From an uncultured Phycisphaerales bacterium (lineage in GTDB: Bacteria; Planctomycetota; Phycisphaerae; Tepidisphaerales; Tepidisphaeraceae), in NCBI GenBank assembly GCA_963758525.1, contig CAVWVQ010000005.1:32001-96000 (forward strand): DNA of 64,000 nucleotides, given 5' to 3'. Position 1 is the first letter of the stretch, and the number at the start of each line of letters is the position of its first letter. Positions 52,130-61,446 of this stretch are shown here, in pieces. The translations under genes were made by a program, and so were the position numbers. The notes beneath the pieces were generated by a model. The model searched no databases. It saw only the letters and a program-made list of their open reading frames with translations, and was not told the DNA's origin.

Positions 52130-53080
52130 ATGGTGATGCATCGCGGATTTACGATGACGCAGGTTGTCGTTGCGGTCGCAATAATCACGATTCTCGTCGG
52201 ATTGCTGTTGCCGACGATGTGCCGGCAGCGTGAGATTTCCAACAGGGTCAAATGCTCGAGCAATCTCAAGCAAATCGGCCTGGCGATGCAGATGTATTCG
52301 AACGCGGAGAAGAACGGCGGGTTTCCGCGGACGTACTTCGACAAGGGCGAGCCGGAAGTCGTCGATCTGAGCGACGCCGGCTTTGTCGATCAAGGCAAAT
52401 CGCCTGTGGATAGCTTCAGTAGCAGCAACATCCCGGCGAAGGCGAACTTACCGGCAAACTCGATCGGCGGCAGCTTCTTTCTATTACTGAAGACGCAGGA
52501 CCTCACGCCCGCCATTTTCGTCTGCCCAAGCAGCAACGGAAGTCCTGGCTTTCGGACATTCTCAGTTCAGAACAGCAACAACTTCGGCGGGTGGGGCCCC
52601 GCGTCCGCGGGCGCTGCGCGGACCCAAGCCATACCCGATGTCACGTATAGTTACGGCAATCCGTTTCCGTCGCGAGAATATTTTGAAAGGATTTCTGGCT
52701 TCAAATTAAATAACACGTTGTCGTCCGACTTCGCCCTTGCCGCCGATGTGAACCCAGGCATGCAGACTCTTCATGGCGTCAAGGGAAGCCCGGCAAGCGT
52801 CAATCCGGGGGATCCGGCCAATGCCGGGTCCGACGGACGAGGGCAGGCCTTTGGAAACTCCATCAATCACAGGAACCAGGGCCAGAACGTTTTATACGGC
52901 GACGGCCACGTCGAGTTTCAGACAACATGTTGGTGCGGGAGCTATCGCGGACCCGGCGATTCGGCAGTTCGGGATAACATCTACACAAACGGTGCGCAAA
53001 CAACCGCCGGCGGAAGCTTCGGCACAGATGCGCCGCCGAAGGATCTGTTGGACAGCGTCTGTCTGCCGACTTCCAACTGA
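52130..53080 (+). CDS. Prepilin-type N-terminal / DUF1559-like / H-X9-DG protein, copy 1
   Basis: RGFTMTQVVVAVAIITIL.GLLLP, CSSNLKQIGLA, FVCPS, HRNQGQNVLYGDGHV. Confidence 0.85.
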   Translation: MVMHRGFTMTQVVVAVAIITILVGLLLPTMCRQREISNRVKCSSNLKQIGLAMQMYSNAEKNGGFPRTYFDKGEPEVVDLSDAGFVDQGKSPVDSFSSSNIPAKANLPANSIGGSFFLLLKTQDLTPAIFVCPSSNGSPGFRTFSVQNSNNFGGWGPASAGAARTQAIPDVTYSYGNPFPSREYFERISGFKLNNTLSSDFALAADVNPGMQTLHGVKGSPASVNPGDPANAGSDGRGQAFGNSINHRNQGQNVLYGDGHVEFQTTCWCGSYRGPGDSAVRDNIYTNGAQTTAGGSFGTDAPPKDLLDSVCLPTSN

Positions 53081-53123
53081 GAAGAATGGCGCCCACCGAA
53101 TGCTTTGGAAGGAGAGCCGATAC

Positions 53124-54080
53124 GTGACAAATCGACGAGACAACCTAACTCGATCTCGGGCCTTTACGCTTACCCAATTGGTCGTGGTGATCGGTATCGT
53201 GCTGATCCTGGTCGCGTTCCTGCTGCCTTTCTTGAATCGCATGCGCTCACAGGCAGGCAGACAACTCTGCCCGAGCAACCTGAAGCAGATTGGCTTGGCG
53301 ATACAGATGTATATGGATGCCGAAAAAGGGGACAGTTTTCCCAGAACGTATTTCCAGGAATCCAATGCTGGTTTTACCGTTGACCTCAGTGATGCGGGCT
53401 TTGTCGACCAGGGGACAAAGCCCGTCAACAGTTTCACAACCGACAACACGCCGCCCAGCGCGAATCTCCCGGCCAACTCTGTTGGAGGGAGTTTCTTTCT
53501 GATTCTCAAGACGCAGGACCTGGCGCCTGAGGTTTTCATTTGCCCGAGCAGCAACGGAACGCGCGGATTCCAATCGTCCCCGGTCCAGAGCAGCAACAAC
53601 TTCGGTGGTTGGGGTCCCGCGTCAGCCGCCAATGCCGGCAAAGAGATTATTCCTGATGTGACCTACAGCTACTGCAATCCGTTTTTTCCAAGCAATCTCA
53701 AAGTTGGTTTCAGGTCTGGTATTGCGGTGCCTTCAGAGTTCGCGATTGCCGCTGACGTGAATCCGGGGACGCAGACGATGAATAGCTTCGTCGGGAGTCC
53801 GGCCACTGTCGGCCCAGCTGATCAACCCGAGGCCAAGGCTGATGGAAGCGGCCAGGCGTTCGGTAACTCGATCAATCACAGGAACCAAGGGCAGAATGTT
53901 CTATATCTCGACGGCCATGTCGAGTTTCAGACGACCTGCTGGTGCGGTAGCTATCGGGCGCCCGGCATACGCGACAACATCTACACAAACGGCGATCAAT
54001 CGTGGGCGGGTGGCGTGTTTGACGCCAGCGCAATGCCGCGAGATAAGTGCGATAGCGTGTGTCTGCCGACTTCGAATTAG
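53124..54080 (+). CDS. Prepilin-type N-terminal / DUF1559-like / H-X9-DG protein, copy 2
   Basis: AAGGAG RBS before GTG; RAFTLTQLVVVIGI, CPSNLKQIGLA, HRNQGQNVLYLDGHV; collinear with copy 1. Confidence 0.85.
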   Translation: MTNRRDNLTRSRAFTLTQLVVVIGIVLILVAFLLPFLNRMRSQAGRQLCPSNLKQIGLAIQMYMDAEKGDSFPRTYFQESNAGFTVDLSDAGFVDQGTKPVNSFTTDNTPPSANLPANSVGGSFFLILKTQDLAPEVFICPSSNGTRGFQSSPVQSSNNFGGWGPASAANAGKEIIPDVTYSYCNPFFPSNLKVGFRSGIAVPSEFAIAADVNPGTQTMNSFVGSPATVGPADQPEAKADGSGQAFGNSINHRNQGQNVLYLDGHVEFQTTCWCGSYRAPGIRDNIYTNGDQSWAGGVFDASAMPRDKCDSVCLPTSN

Positions 54081-54355
54081 ATCGAGAAGGGTAATGAATT
54101 CATCTTTACCAATGCCGGCTTCTTGAATCAGTGAGCGCAGCGTCCCCTCAGCCAACTCCCGATGGTCTGGGATCTCAGTCGGCGCAGATTGGGATGGCGC
54201 ATGACGATGTGGCTCCCGGTCTGATGGTCGACCAGATAACAAAGTCTACCGAAAGCCTTGACGGTATCCCCTGCCGGAACAGGCCGGCAGACGGCTCACT
54301 GTCCGACCTCTGCGATTTCTTGAGTGATAGGAAGCGGAATCGGATCACCGTGCTC
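54077..54355 (-). pseudogene. hicBA toxin-antitoxin remnant
   Basis: HicB tail EHGDPIPLPITQEIAEVGQ* overlaps (GTGA, 54296-99) HicA MSRLPACSG-DTVKAF...QTGSHIVMRH...-IPDHRELAEGTLRSLIQEAGI, which has two frameshifts. Confidence 0.75.
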
Positions 54356-54364
54356 TTACCACAG

Positions 54365-55216
54365 TTAATCCGCCTCTCCCAGGTGAAACTGTTTGATCAG
54401 GTGCTCTCGCATAGGTTCGACGTTTGGCTTTTTGAAATGAATCCTGTCGGGAAGGAATAAATCGGCATCGTAGAACGTGATGGGGGCATCGTAGATTTGA
54501 GCGAGTTCTGCGAATTGCTCCGGCGTTCCCATGCAGGGACACGGCAGGATTGTCAGCGTGATCCGCCGGTCGTGGCAGAGGGCTTTCATCTTGTCGATGA
54601 AGTATTTTGACGGCTTTGAGAGCGGATGCTTTTCCGGCTCAGAAGTCACCGGGACGATCGGCACGCCATAGTTGGATTGGCTGCGATTGAGATAGCTGTT
54701 TTCGGCCATGATGTTGGGCAGGAGCATTCGGCCGAGATGGGCCTCGGTGAGCTGGGGGTCGTGCTGCAGGTTCCAGATTTCCCAGACGAGAGCGGGGGAG
54801 TGGAAGTAGCCGCAGAAATAGTCGTGGGTGAAAATCTGATCGAGGTTGTTGGCCCAGGAGCGTGGTGTGTAGAAAAGATAGACTTGCCGGAGGTTTGGAG
54901 CGTGCGCGATCACCTTTTGCAGCAGACAATATTGCCCGGCGAGGGTGATTGCCTGATTCGAGGGGAGGTACAGCAGGCTCGGCGACGGCTCGGTGTGCAT
55001 CTTGAAGAGTTGCCGGGCGACGCTGTCGCCGAGGTAGAGCGTTGTCACACGAGGGTGGGGAAGTTCTGCGGCTTCCAGGACCTGGTAAACATCCTCCCCG
55101 ACGCGGAATTGGCCGTGGGTTTTGCGATTTGCGCGGGCGAGCGATAGCTCGAGCGCAATCGTGATGCACAACAGCAGCGCGATGAAGAGGATGGCTCGAA
55201 ACAAAAATCGTTTCAC
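54365..55216 (-). CDS. Membrane-anchored SGNH-like protein (MBOAT partner)
   Basis: N-terminal TM, LGDSVA, C-terminal DRIH (DxxH); directly downstream of the MBOAT gene. Confidence 0.65.
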   Translation of the reverse strand: MKRFLFRAILFIALLLCITIALELSLARANRKTHGQFRVGEDVYQVLEAAELPHPRVTTLYLGDSVARQLFKMHTEPSPSLLYLPSNQAITLAGQYCLLQKVIAHAPNLRQVYLFYTPRSWANNLDQIFTHDYFCGYFHSPALVWEIWNLQHDPQLTEAHLGRMLLPNIMAENSYLNRSQSNYGVPIVPVTSEPEKHPLSKPSKYFIDKMKALCHDRRITLTILPCPCMGTPEQFAELAQIYDAPITFYDADLFLPDRIHFKKPNVEPMREHLIKQFHLGEAD

Positions 55217-55225
55217 GAAGTGAAT

Positions 55226-56701
55226 TCAAAATTGAAAGTAAATGAAGCTTTGCGAGCCGAAAATTCCGAGCAGCAGGATTCCAAAGATGACGGCGTAGCT
55301 GGCGCACCAGCGAAGCCAGGCGGGGCGACCATCGAAGTTGCGCGTGATGCTGCCCGGCTTGCGGAGCACATGGACGAGTCCGGCCGCGATCAAGATCCAG
55401 AGCGTGAGCTGGAGGAACTTATTGCCGATCGGGCCGACATAGAGATTCGCCAGTGTTTGCAGCAGCGCCGGGATGTGAGCGAGCGAGTGTGCGACGTCGG
55501 TGAAGATCCGGGTCACAATGAACTGTGCCTGCGAAGAGCTCTCCGCTCGGAAGAAGACCCAGGCAAAGGTCGTGAGTTGGATCGTGATCAGCATGGCCGC
55601 GATCTGGCGGAGCGCGGGATGGCGATCGGCGCCGAGCATTCTTGCGACGGACTGCCGCGCGGGCCGGGTGATGCTTCCGAAGATGAGGTAGAAGCCGTGG
55701 AGCGCGCCCCAGATCACGAAGGTCCAGTTGGCGCCGTGCCACAGGCCGCTGAGCAGAAAGACGATCATGAGATTGAAGCACCAGCGTGGGCGGGAGACGC
55801 GGTTGCCGCCCAGGGGTATGTAGAGGTAGTCACGGAACCAGGTGGAGAGGGAGATGTGCCAGCGGCGCCAGAATTCAGACATGGAAGTGCTGAGATAAGG
55901 GCGGTCGAAATTTTCCATGAGCGTGATTCCCATCACGCGAGCCGCGCCCAGGGCAATGTCTGAATAAGCGGAGAAGTCCGCGTAGATCTGCACGGCAAAG
56001 CAATACGTTGCCAGCAGCAGCACGAGCCCATTGAAATCGCCGGGCCTGGAGTAGACGGTGTTGACAATGATCGCGAGGCGATCGGCGATCACGATCTTCT
56101 TGAACATTCCCCAGAGCATCCGTCCCAGGCCGTCCGCGACGCGATTGCCGTCAAAATCGTGCGGCTCGTGAAACTGGTGCAGCAGATTCTGCGGCCGTTC
56201 GATCGGCCCGGCGACGAGCTGGGGATAGAACATCACGTAGAGCGCGTAAATGCCGAGGTGTCGCTCGGCCCGCTGATTGCCGCGATAGACTTCGATCGTG
56301 TAGCTCATCGCCTGGAATGTATGAAACGACAGGCCGATGGGCAGGATGATCTGGATGACTTTCTGCGGATAATGGAGATCGAGCAGGTGGGCGATGGCCG
56401 CGAAGTTGGCGTCGGCGAAGCTGCCGTATTTGAAGACGGCAAGCACGCCGATGTTGGCTATCAGACTGCAAACCAGCCAGACCCGGCGGCGGGTTCCGCC
56501 GGACCGCTCGATCAAGATTCCTGCGACGTAATCAACTGCGATGGTAAACAGCAGAATCAGAATATAAGCGGGAATAAACGCCATATAGAAGACGCAGCTC
56601 GCCACCAGAAGCAGCAGCCAGCGCCAACGATATGGAAGCGCGAAATAGAGAGTCGTGACGGTGGGGAAGAAGAGGAGAAAGTCCCAGGAATTGAAAGTCA
56701 T
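55226..56701 (-). CDS. MBOAT family O-acyltransferase (AlgI/DltB-like)
   Basis: LPIGLSFHTFQ, PQLVAGPIER, QIYADFSAYSDIA, FWRRWHISLSTWFRDYLYIPLGG, GLWHGA. Confidence 0.93.
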   Translation of the reverse strand: MTFNSWDFLLFFPTVTTLYFALPYRWRWLLLLVASCVFYMAFIPAYILILLFTIAVDYVAGILIERSGGTRRRVWLVCSLIANIGVLAVFKYGSFADANFAAIAHLLDLHYPQKVIQIILPIGLSFHTFQAMSYTIEVYRGNQRAERHLGIYALYVMFYPQLVAGPIERPQNLLHQFHEPHDFDGNRVADGLGRMLWGMFKKIVIADRLAIIVNTVYSRPGDFNGLVLLLATYCFAVQIYADFSAYSDIALGAARVMGITLMENFDRPYLSTSMSEFWRRWHISLSTWFRDYLYIPLGGNRVSRPRWCFNLMIVFLLSGLWHGANWTFVIWGALHGFYLIFGSITRPARQSVARMLGADRHPALRQIAAMLITIQLTTFAWVFFRAESSSQAQFIVTRIFTDVAHSLAHIPALLQTLANLYVGPIGNKFLQLTLWILIAAGLVHVLRKPGSITRNFDGRPAWLRWCASYAVIFGILLLGIFGSQSFIYFQF

Positions 56702-56710
56702 GGGGGGAAG

Positions 56711-56929
56711 GGTGATTGGTGATTAGAACGTGACAAGACGGGGGGATGAAAAGTGAAAACGTGAAAACGTGATCGGACGCGATCGCGCGCTCCTTCGTTC
56801 TCTCTTCACGTTTCATCTTCACGCGCCATGTCGTCACGCCTTGAGTTCGGCGTCTTCGTCACGTTCCAATCACCAATCACCAGAATCACGCGTCTTCGTC
56901 ACGTTCCAATCACCAATCACCAGAATCAC
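56711..56929. repeat. Nested short-unit hairpin element with a 40-bp tandem duplication of its right arm
   Basis: GGTGATT / GTGAAAAC units on the left, TTCAC / AATCACC units on the right; 56850-889 is identical to 56890-929. Confidence 0.85.
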
Positions 56930-57792
56930 TTCTGCGTCGTCGGCTCGTCGAGCAGCACCTTGGCGGCGGGCTTGAGGTGGGCGTCGTCGAGCTTGTCGAC
57001 GGACCAGAGCAGGCCGCGGGTCACCAGGTCGAGATAGCGGCCATCGGCGCAGGTTTCGTCGTTATGGCCGAGCGTGGTGCCGAAGACGCGGGTTTTGCCG
57101 TTGTACAGGTTGGTCCAGACGGTCACGGTCTGATCGACTATTTCCTTGCCTTGCTTGTCCTTCGAGGTCTGTTTTCCCTTGGCCAGAGGCGTGGCGGTGG
57201 ACTCCACATTTCCGTGAATGTTGTTGTAGAGCTCTTCGTGAATCGTGGTCCAGTCCGAAAGCGGCGCGATGATCGGATTCTGCTTGTCCAGGTAGGTGAC
57301 TTCAATGGGGATCTGCGCCCCATGATGTGTCGTCGCGAGCCCGGTAAATTCGAACCACGGCGTCGTTTTATCTGGCCAGCCTTCGCTGCGATAACAATGC
57401 ATCGCACAGTGCAGCACGACGCCGGGGATGCCGTCTTTGTGCGGCTTGAGGATTCGGTCGATGATCTTCAAGTCCTTGACGTCCGCCGAGCATTCGTCGT
57501 GAACGATCACGTCAAAACCTTTGTACCAGTCTTCGTTCTGATAGACGTCGTTGAGGTGTGTGGTCTTGCTGACTTTGTCAAAGGCGATCGTCCATTCAAC
57601 GTTTGCCCGCGCCGAGATGCCTTTACTGATGATATCCTTCTGCTTTGCATAATCGTGGCAGCAGCCCCCGCAGACCAGCAGCGCGCGAACCGGCGCATCG
57701 TCGGCACGGGCCGCGCTTCGGGTGAGCGAGGTTAGATTGAGACCAAGCGAAGCAACGCAGGCGATGACGGCAAATCGAATCGAACGATGCAT
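56926..57792 (-). CDS. ThuA-like (class I glutamine amidotransferase-fold) secreted protein
   Basis: Signal peptide; LLVCGGCCHDY, VLHCAMH, EELY, RVFGTTLGH...RGLLW. Confidence 0.85.
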   Translation of the reverse strand: MHRSIRFAVIACVASLGLNLTSLTRSAARADDAPVRALLVCGGCCHDYAKQKDIISKGISARANVEWTIAFDKVSKTTHLNDVYQNEDWYKGFDVIVHDECSADVKDLKIIDRILKPHKDGIPGVVLHCAMHCYRSEGWPDKTTPWFEFTGLATTHHGAQIPIEVTYLDKQNPIIAPLSDWTTIHEELYNNIHGNVESTATPLAKGKQTSKDKQGKEIVDQTVTVWTNLYNGKTRVFGTTLGHNDETCADGRYLDLVTRGLLWSVDKLDDAHLKPAAKVLLDEPTTQK

Positions 57793-57990
57793 GGAATCCT
57801 CCGCAAGAACCCTGAGGGAAAGTGTCTCTCGTATGGGTTATACCACCTTTCGCGGCTTTGCGCTAAATCGAAGAATTGCAATAGACGTTTTGCAGTTCGT
57901 CGAGGCGAAGTGCTGCGACAAAACCAAATCCGCTGCTCGCACCTTCGCATTCACTGATCTTCGGAACGCGCTGTTCATGCCTGCTGGCAA

Positions 57991-59535
57991 TCATTGACGA
58001 CCCACGGGGGCGAGTCCCGCATCTTCCGCGGCAACGAGCGAGCGATAACGCTCCTGAATCTGTCGGTTGCTGACCTTCGGCAGGTTTGCCGCGAGTGCCA
58101 CCGATTCGGCGGTGTTGAGCAATCGCATGCACTTCACCCAGTCGCGCTCCGCATCGTCGGCCTCATCGTCGAGTTTGTCCGACTCGTCCAGGTGCTTGCG
58201 GAGGCGCTCGTAGCTGAGCGATGACTCGAGCATCGCGACGATCTTGTCAGCCTGGGTAGTGATGGTTTGGTGGGCGAAGGGGCTTGCCGGATTGGAAAGC
58301 TGCGGCCAGCGGTTCAGCAGCACATTCCTGGTTGCCGTCCGTGAAATGGCCGTGGCCCGCTCCAGCTTTTCCCGGCGGCGGACCAAGTCGTTCTGGCGGG
58401 TCGCCAGATCATCGGCCAGCTTGCGGGCGTTCGCCAGACGATTCGGGCCCGCGAGTTTCATGATGGCTGACAGCCCTTCAAGCACGGCGCGATCGCTCGG
58501 CCCGGCGAGCGCAAAAAGCTGGTCGTACGCGGCATCCGCCGGGATCAAGCCGTCGGTTCCATCCGCGGAGAGCCGGCTGTATTGGCGCAAAAAAGTATCG
58601 GAGGTTTTCACGGGGATGTCGACCGTCTCGCTGTGGATCAAGGTGTATGCGTGAGCTTCGGACATTCCAATTTGACCGTTGCCGGAAAAATCCGCCCGGT
58701 CGACCGGCTTCCCGGTTCGCGTATGCCCGCACAGCGCCGCCCAGAAATAGGTGCTGTAATCACGATAGTCTTCGAGCGCAATGTCGGGCGTGCAACCGGC
58801 GGCGGTGCGATCGAAGGTCGTCGCGAAGAAGCCGCAACGATTCTGCGACGCAAGGCCGCGCGTCGGGTCCGCCTTATCGAAAATCACATCGGCAAAACCG
58901 CCGCTGTAGCACTGCACCATGATCAGCACGACCGATACTTTCGGCGACAGCCGATCGAGCAAATTCACGAAAGACCGGACGGTCATGCTGGGTTCATTCC
59001 ACATTGCGAAGGTCGTATTGCGCGGCGGCTTTCCCGAGCCGCCATGGCCCGTGTAATAAATGATGAGCCGGTCTCCGTCGGGGATCGTCCGACCGATCGT
59101 GTCAAACCAGCGCGTGAGTGCCGCGTGTTGAGATGGGCCCCAGACGCGCGGAATCTGGTGCGGTCGATATTGGTCGGGCGTCGGCTCTTCTGTCGGAAAG
59201 ATGTCGGCCAGGAATTGGTCGACTTTGGGAACGTCCTGCTCGTCCGGGGTAAATTGCACGTCGCGCTGATTGGCGTTCCCATCGGCGAAGAGCACTTCCT
59301 GCGGCGCGTCATTCCGATGAAGCGTCGTCAACGCATCGCGGAAAAAAAGCACGTTCTGCTCCAGCGAAACCTGGTTATTGTCGGGGGAACTCCCGCCGCC
59401 GATGGTCAGAAAATGGTCGGCGGCACGAGCGATCTCGAAGCTGAACGTGAAAACGCAAGCGAGTGCCGCGATCGCCAACGCTACGCGATGCGACCGGAGT
59501 GCCCGATACTGCGGGGGTGGTTTTGTGGAGGTCAT
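57991..59535 (-). CDS. Secreted protein with clan CD (caspase/legumain-like) peptidase dyad and coiled-coil C-terminus
   Basis: Signal peptide (ARA-AD); IIYYTGHGG and IMVQCYSGGF. Start may be 59547. Confidence 0.6.
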   Translation of the reverse strand: MTSTKPPPQYRALRSHRVALAIAALACVFTFSFEIARAADHFLTIGGGSSPDNNQVSLEQNVLFFRDALTTLHRNDAPQEVLFADGNANQRDVQFTPDEQDVPKVDQFLADIFPTEEPTPDQYRPHQIPRVWGPSQHAALTRWFDTIGRTIPDGDRLIIYYTGHGGSGKPPRNTTFAMWNEPSMTVRSFVNLLDRLSPKVSVVLIMVQCYSGGFADVIFDKADPTRGLASQNRCGFFATTFDRTAAGCTPDIALEDYRDYSTYFWAALCGHTRTGKPVDRADFSGNGQIGMSEAHAYTLIHSETVDIPVKTSDTFLRQYSRLSADGTDGLIPADAAYDQLFALAGPSDRAVLEGLSAIMKLAGPNRLANARKLADDLATRQNDLVRRREKLERATAISRTATRNVLLNRWPQLSNPASPFAHQTITTQADKIVAMLESSLSYERLRKHLDESDKLDDEADDAERDWVKCMRLLNTAESVALAANLPKVSNRQIQERYRSLVAAEDAGLAPVGRQ

Positions 59536-59575
59536 AGGTGTTCGCAATATCTGCTGGCGGTATCATCGCCGGGAG

Positions 59576-60064
59576 ATGGAAAATCTGCGAGCCGCAACTT
59601 TCGATGCCGCCGGCCGGGAAGACGTCCGCGAAGCGGTCGACCGCGTCTACGCGGACTTGCAGACGCAGATCGACTTGCGCAGACCGGTCTGCATTGTTTC
59701 GGGGCGATGCTGTCGATTCGAAGAGTTCGGACACCGGCTGTACATCACGACGCTGGAAATGGCCCGCTTTGTCATGGATCTTAAGACGCCCGCGCCCGCC
59801 GATTGGGCCGGCACGGGCTGCCCATTTCAGATCGCCAAATTGTGCAGCGTCCATGCGATCCGCCCGTTCGGCTGCCGGATCTTCTTCTGCGACGCGTCGA
59901 GCACAGATTGGCAGCATGAGCTCTACGAACGTCTGCACGCCCGGCTACGCGCATTGCACGACGAGATGGGGGTGGCGTATCACTATGTTGAATGGCGGTA
60001 TGCGCTGAGTCAGTGCGGGATTGCGACGGCAGCTGATCCAATGATGCCTCCGGTTCGATTCTAA
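59576..60064 (+). CDS. YkgJ-like cysteine-cluster protein
   Basis: CIVSGRCCRF, CPFQ, CSVH, RPFGCRIFFC. Confidence 0.8.
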   Translation: MENLRAATFDAAGREDVREAVDRVYADLQTQIDLRRPVCIVSGRCCRFEEFGHRLYITTLEMARFVMDLKTPAPADWAGTGCPFQIAKLCSVHAIRPFGCRIFFCDASSTDWQHELYERLHARLRALHDEMGVAYHYVEWRYALSQCGIATAADPMMPPVRF

Positions 60065-60068
60065 ATGA

Positions 60069-60152
60069 ACGTGCGCGATTACGCGCACGTGCGAGCAGTA
60101 CGCTGCCCTTAGGGCAGCCGCTAAACGGTTTTTGGAAGCGCGTAATCGCGCA
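60069..60152. repeat. Degenerate REP-like doublet
   Basis: ACGTGCGCG-ATTA-CGCGCACGT hairpin with inverted partner GCGCGTAATCGCGCA at 60138-152. Confidence 0.5.
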
Positions 60153-60228
60153 AGGTCATATAGAGAAAGTCGTGACGATTCGCGGTATACTCGGGTGCTG
60201 CCGTTAAATTCTTCCTTACGGACAGTCT

Positions 60229-60465
60229 ATGACGACGCAACAACTCGACAACATCCATAAAGCAAAACCATTTCGTCCGTTCACCATCCACATGGGTGAT
60301 GGGCGATCGTTTCACGTACCGCATCCCGAGATTCTGTCCAGATCTCCGACGGGCCGCACGATTATCGTTTATGGCAGCGACGAGAACTTCAGCGTGCTGG
60401 ACCTTTTGCTGCTGACCGAGCTCGAGGTGAATCCGCCGGCGAAGACTGGCGACGCGGCGGCATAG
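60229..60465 (+). CDS. Small hypothetical protein (PFRPF...DG...HPE type)
   Basis: AKPFRPFTIHMGDGRSFHVPHPE; resembles a small family I recognise from planctomycetes. Confidence 0.7.
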   Translation: MTTQQLDNIHKAKPFRPFTIHMGDGRSFHVPHPEILSRSPTGRTIIVYGSDENFSVLDLLLLTELEVNPPAKTGDAAA

Positions 60466-60665
60466 ACCCGGGTTCACAACCCACGCCGATTCTGAGGTAC
60501 TCCGAAGGCTCGGATTTCCCGACTTTCGATGCGAGCGTTCGGTGTACCCCAGACCCTGCGTGGCAAGCTGATTTTGGGATTCTAGAGTTGCGGCATCAGC
60601 AGGGCCTTTCTATTCGGACTGGCGGGGTGTAACTTTTATTTGTGGCGATTGCAGATTTTGCGATC

Positions 60666-60733
60666 GTAGGGCGGGATTCATCCCGCCGTTTTCTCAGCCG
60701 GCCAACAAATCGGCGGGATGAATCCCGCCCTAC
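60666..60733. repeat. GTAG REP doublet (REPIN)
   Basis: GTAGGGCGGGATTCATCCCGCCG and its perfect 23-bp reverse complement at 60711-733. Confidence 0.9.
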
Positions 60734-60889
60734 TCGGAGCCGATCGCCACTTTCGAGCGCCACACCCGACTGGCGCTTTGTGAAGATTCATTTTGACAGG
60801 CGAGATACGGGCGTGATATCATGCTGCTTAAAGGCCTTGCCGCGGATACGCAGCCATCCAGGATTTCTCAACAGGATTGCGAGCCCACC

Positions 60890-61096
60890 ATGTGGAAAAC
60901 TTTTCTGATCGGTGCATCGCTTGCCGGTACGCTTCTCGTCACCGGCGGGTGCGCCACTCCAGCTTACTCCGCGGCTGAACGCAGCAAAATGATCCAACGG
61001 AATTTCGACTACAACGGCGCTCAGGCCGTGGACGATTGGGACGCTCTCTGGCTGCTTCGCCCGGCGAGTCACATGACTATCTGGGACGTGCAGTAA
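60890..61096 (+). CDS. Small lipoprotein
   Basis: MWKTFLIGASLAGTLLVTGG-C lipobox-like signal. Confidence 0.65.
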   Translation: MWKTFLIGASLAGTLLVTGGCATPAYSAAERSKMIQRNFDYNGAQAVDDWDALWLLRPASHMTIWDVQ

Positions 61097-61126
61097 CCGT
61101 TGCGTCTCAAATCAATCGCGACACAT

Positions 61127-61312
61127 CTAGGAAACCATTCGCAGATTCGCGTCAGGACGCGAGAAGGTGGGGCTGTGCGCGCGCTTCAGGTGAGCGCATT
61201 CGAGATGCGTCAGGTATTGCTTGAGTGACGCCTCATCGAACTGTGCGAGAAACCGCGGCGCGGCGGTCGGATTGTACCGGCGGATGTTATCAATCAGTTG
61301 ACGCTTGTTCAT
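61127..61312 (-). CDS. Small hypothetical protein
   Basis: MNKRQLIDNIRRYNPTAAPRFLAQFDEASLKQYLTHL. Confidence 0.6.
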   Translation of the reverse strand: MNKRQLIDNIRRYNPTAAPRFLAQFDEASLKQYLTHLECAHLKRAHSPTFSRPDANLRMVS

Positions 61313-61446
61313 ACAAAAACTACCTTGACTGCAAGAGCTCTGTCCCGCCTGAACGGAGGAGACGGGAGCGCCGCCAGGGCGCGGTATGCTGGGGACCATC
61401 GGCCCAATGCGGCCGATAACTTGAACCCGCTTGGGCGGACTTGCGC

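Noticed and set aside
52130..54080. Diversity-generating retroelement TR/VR pair
   Set aside because: Both copies are full coding paralogues, differences are not adenine-specific, and there is no reverse transcriptase.
60490..60565. Weak inverted repeat (CTGAGGTACTCCGAA ... TTCGGTGTACCCCAG)
   Set aside because: Probably another decayed palindromic element, but too degenerate to assign.
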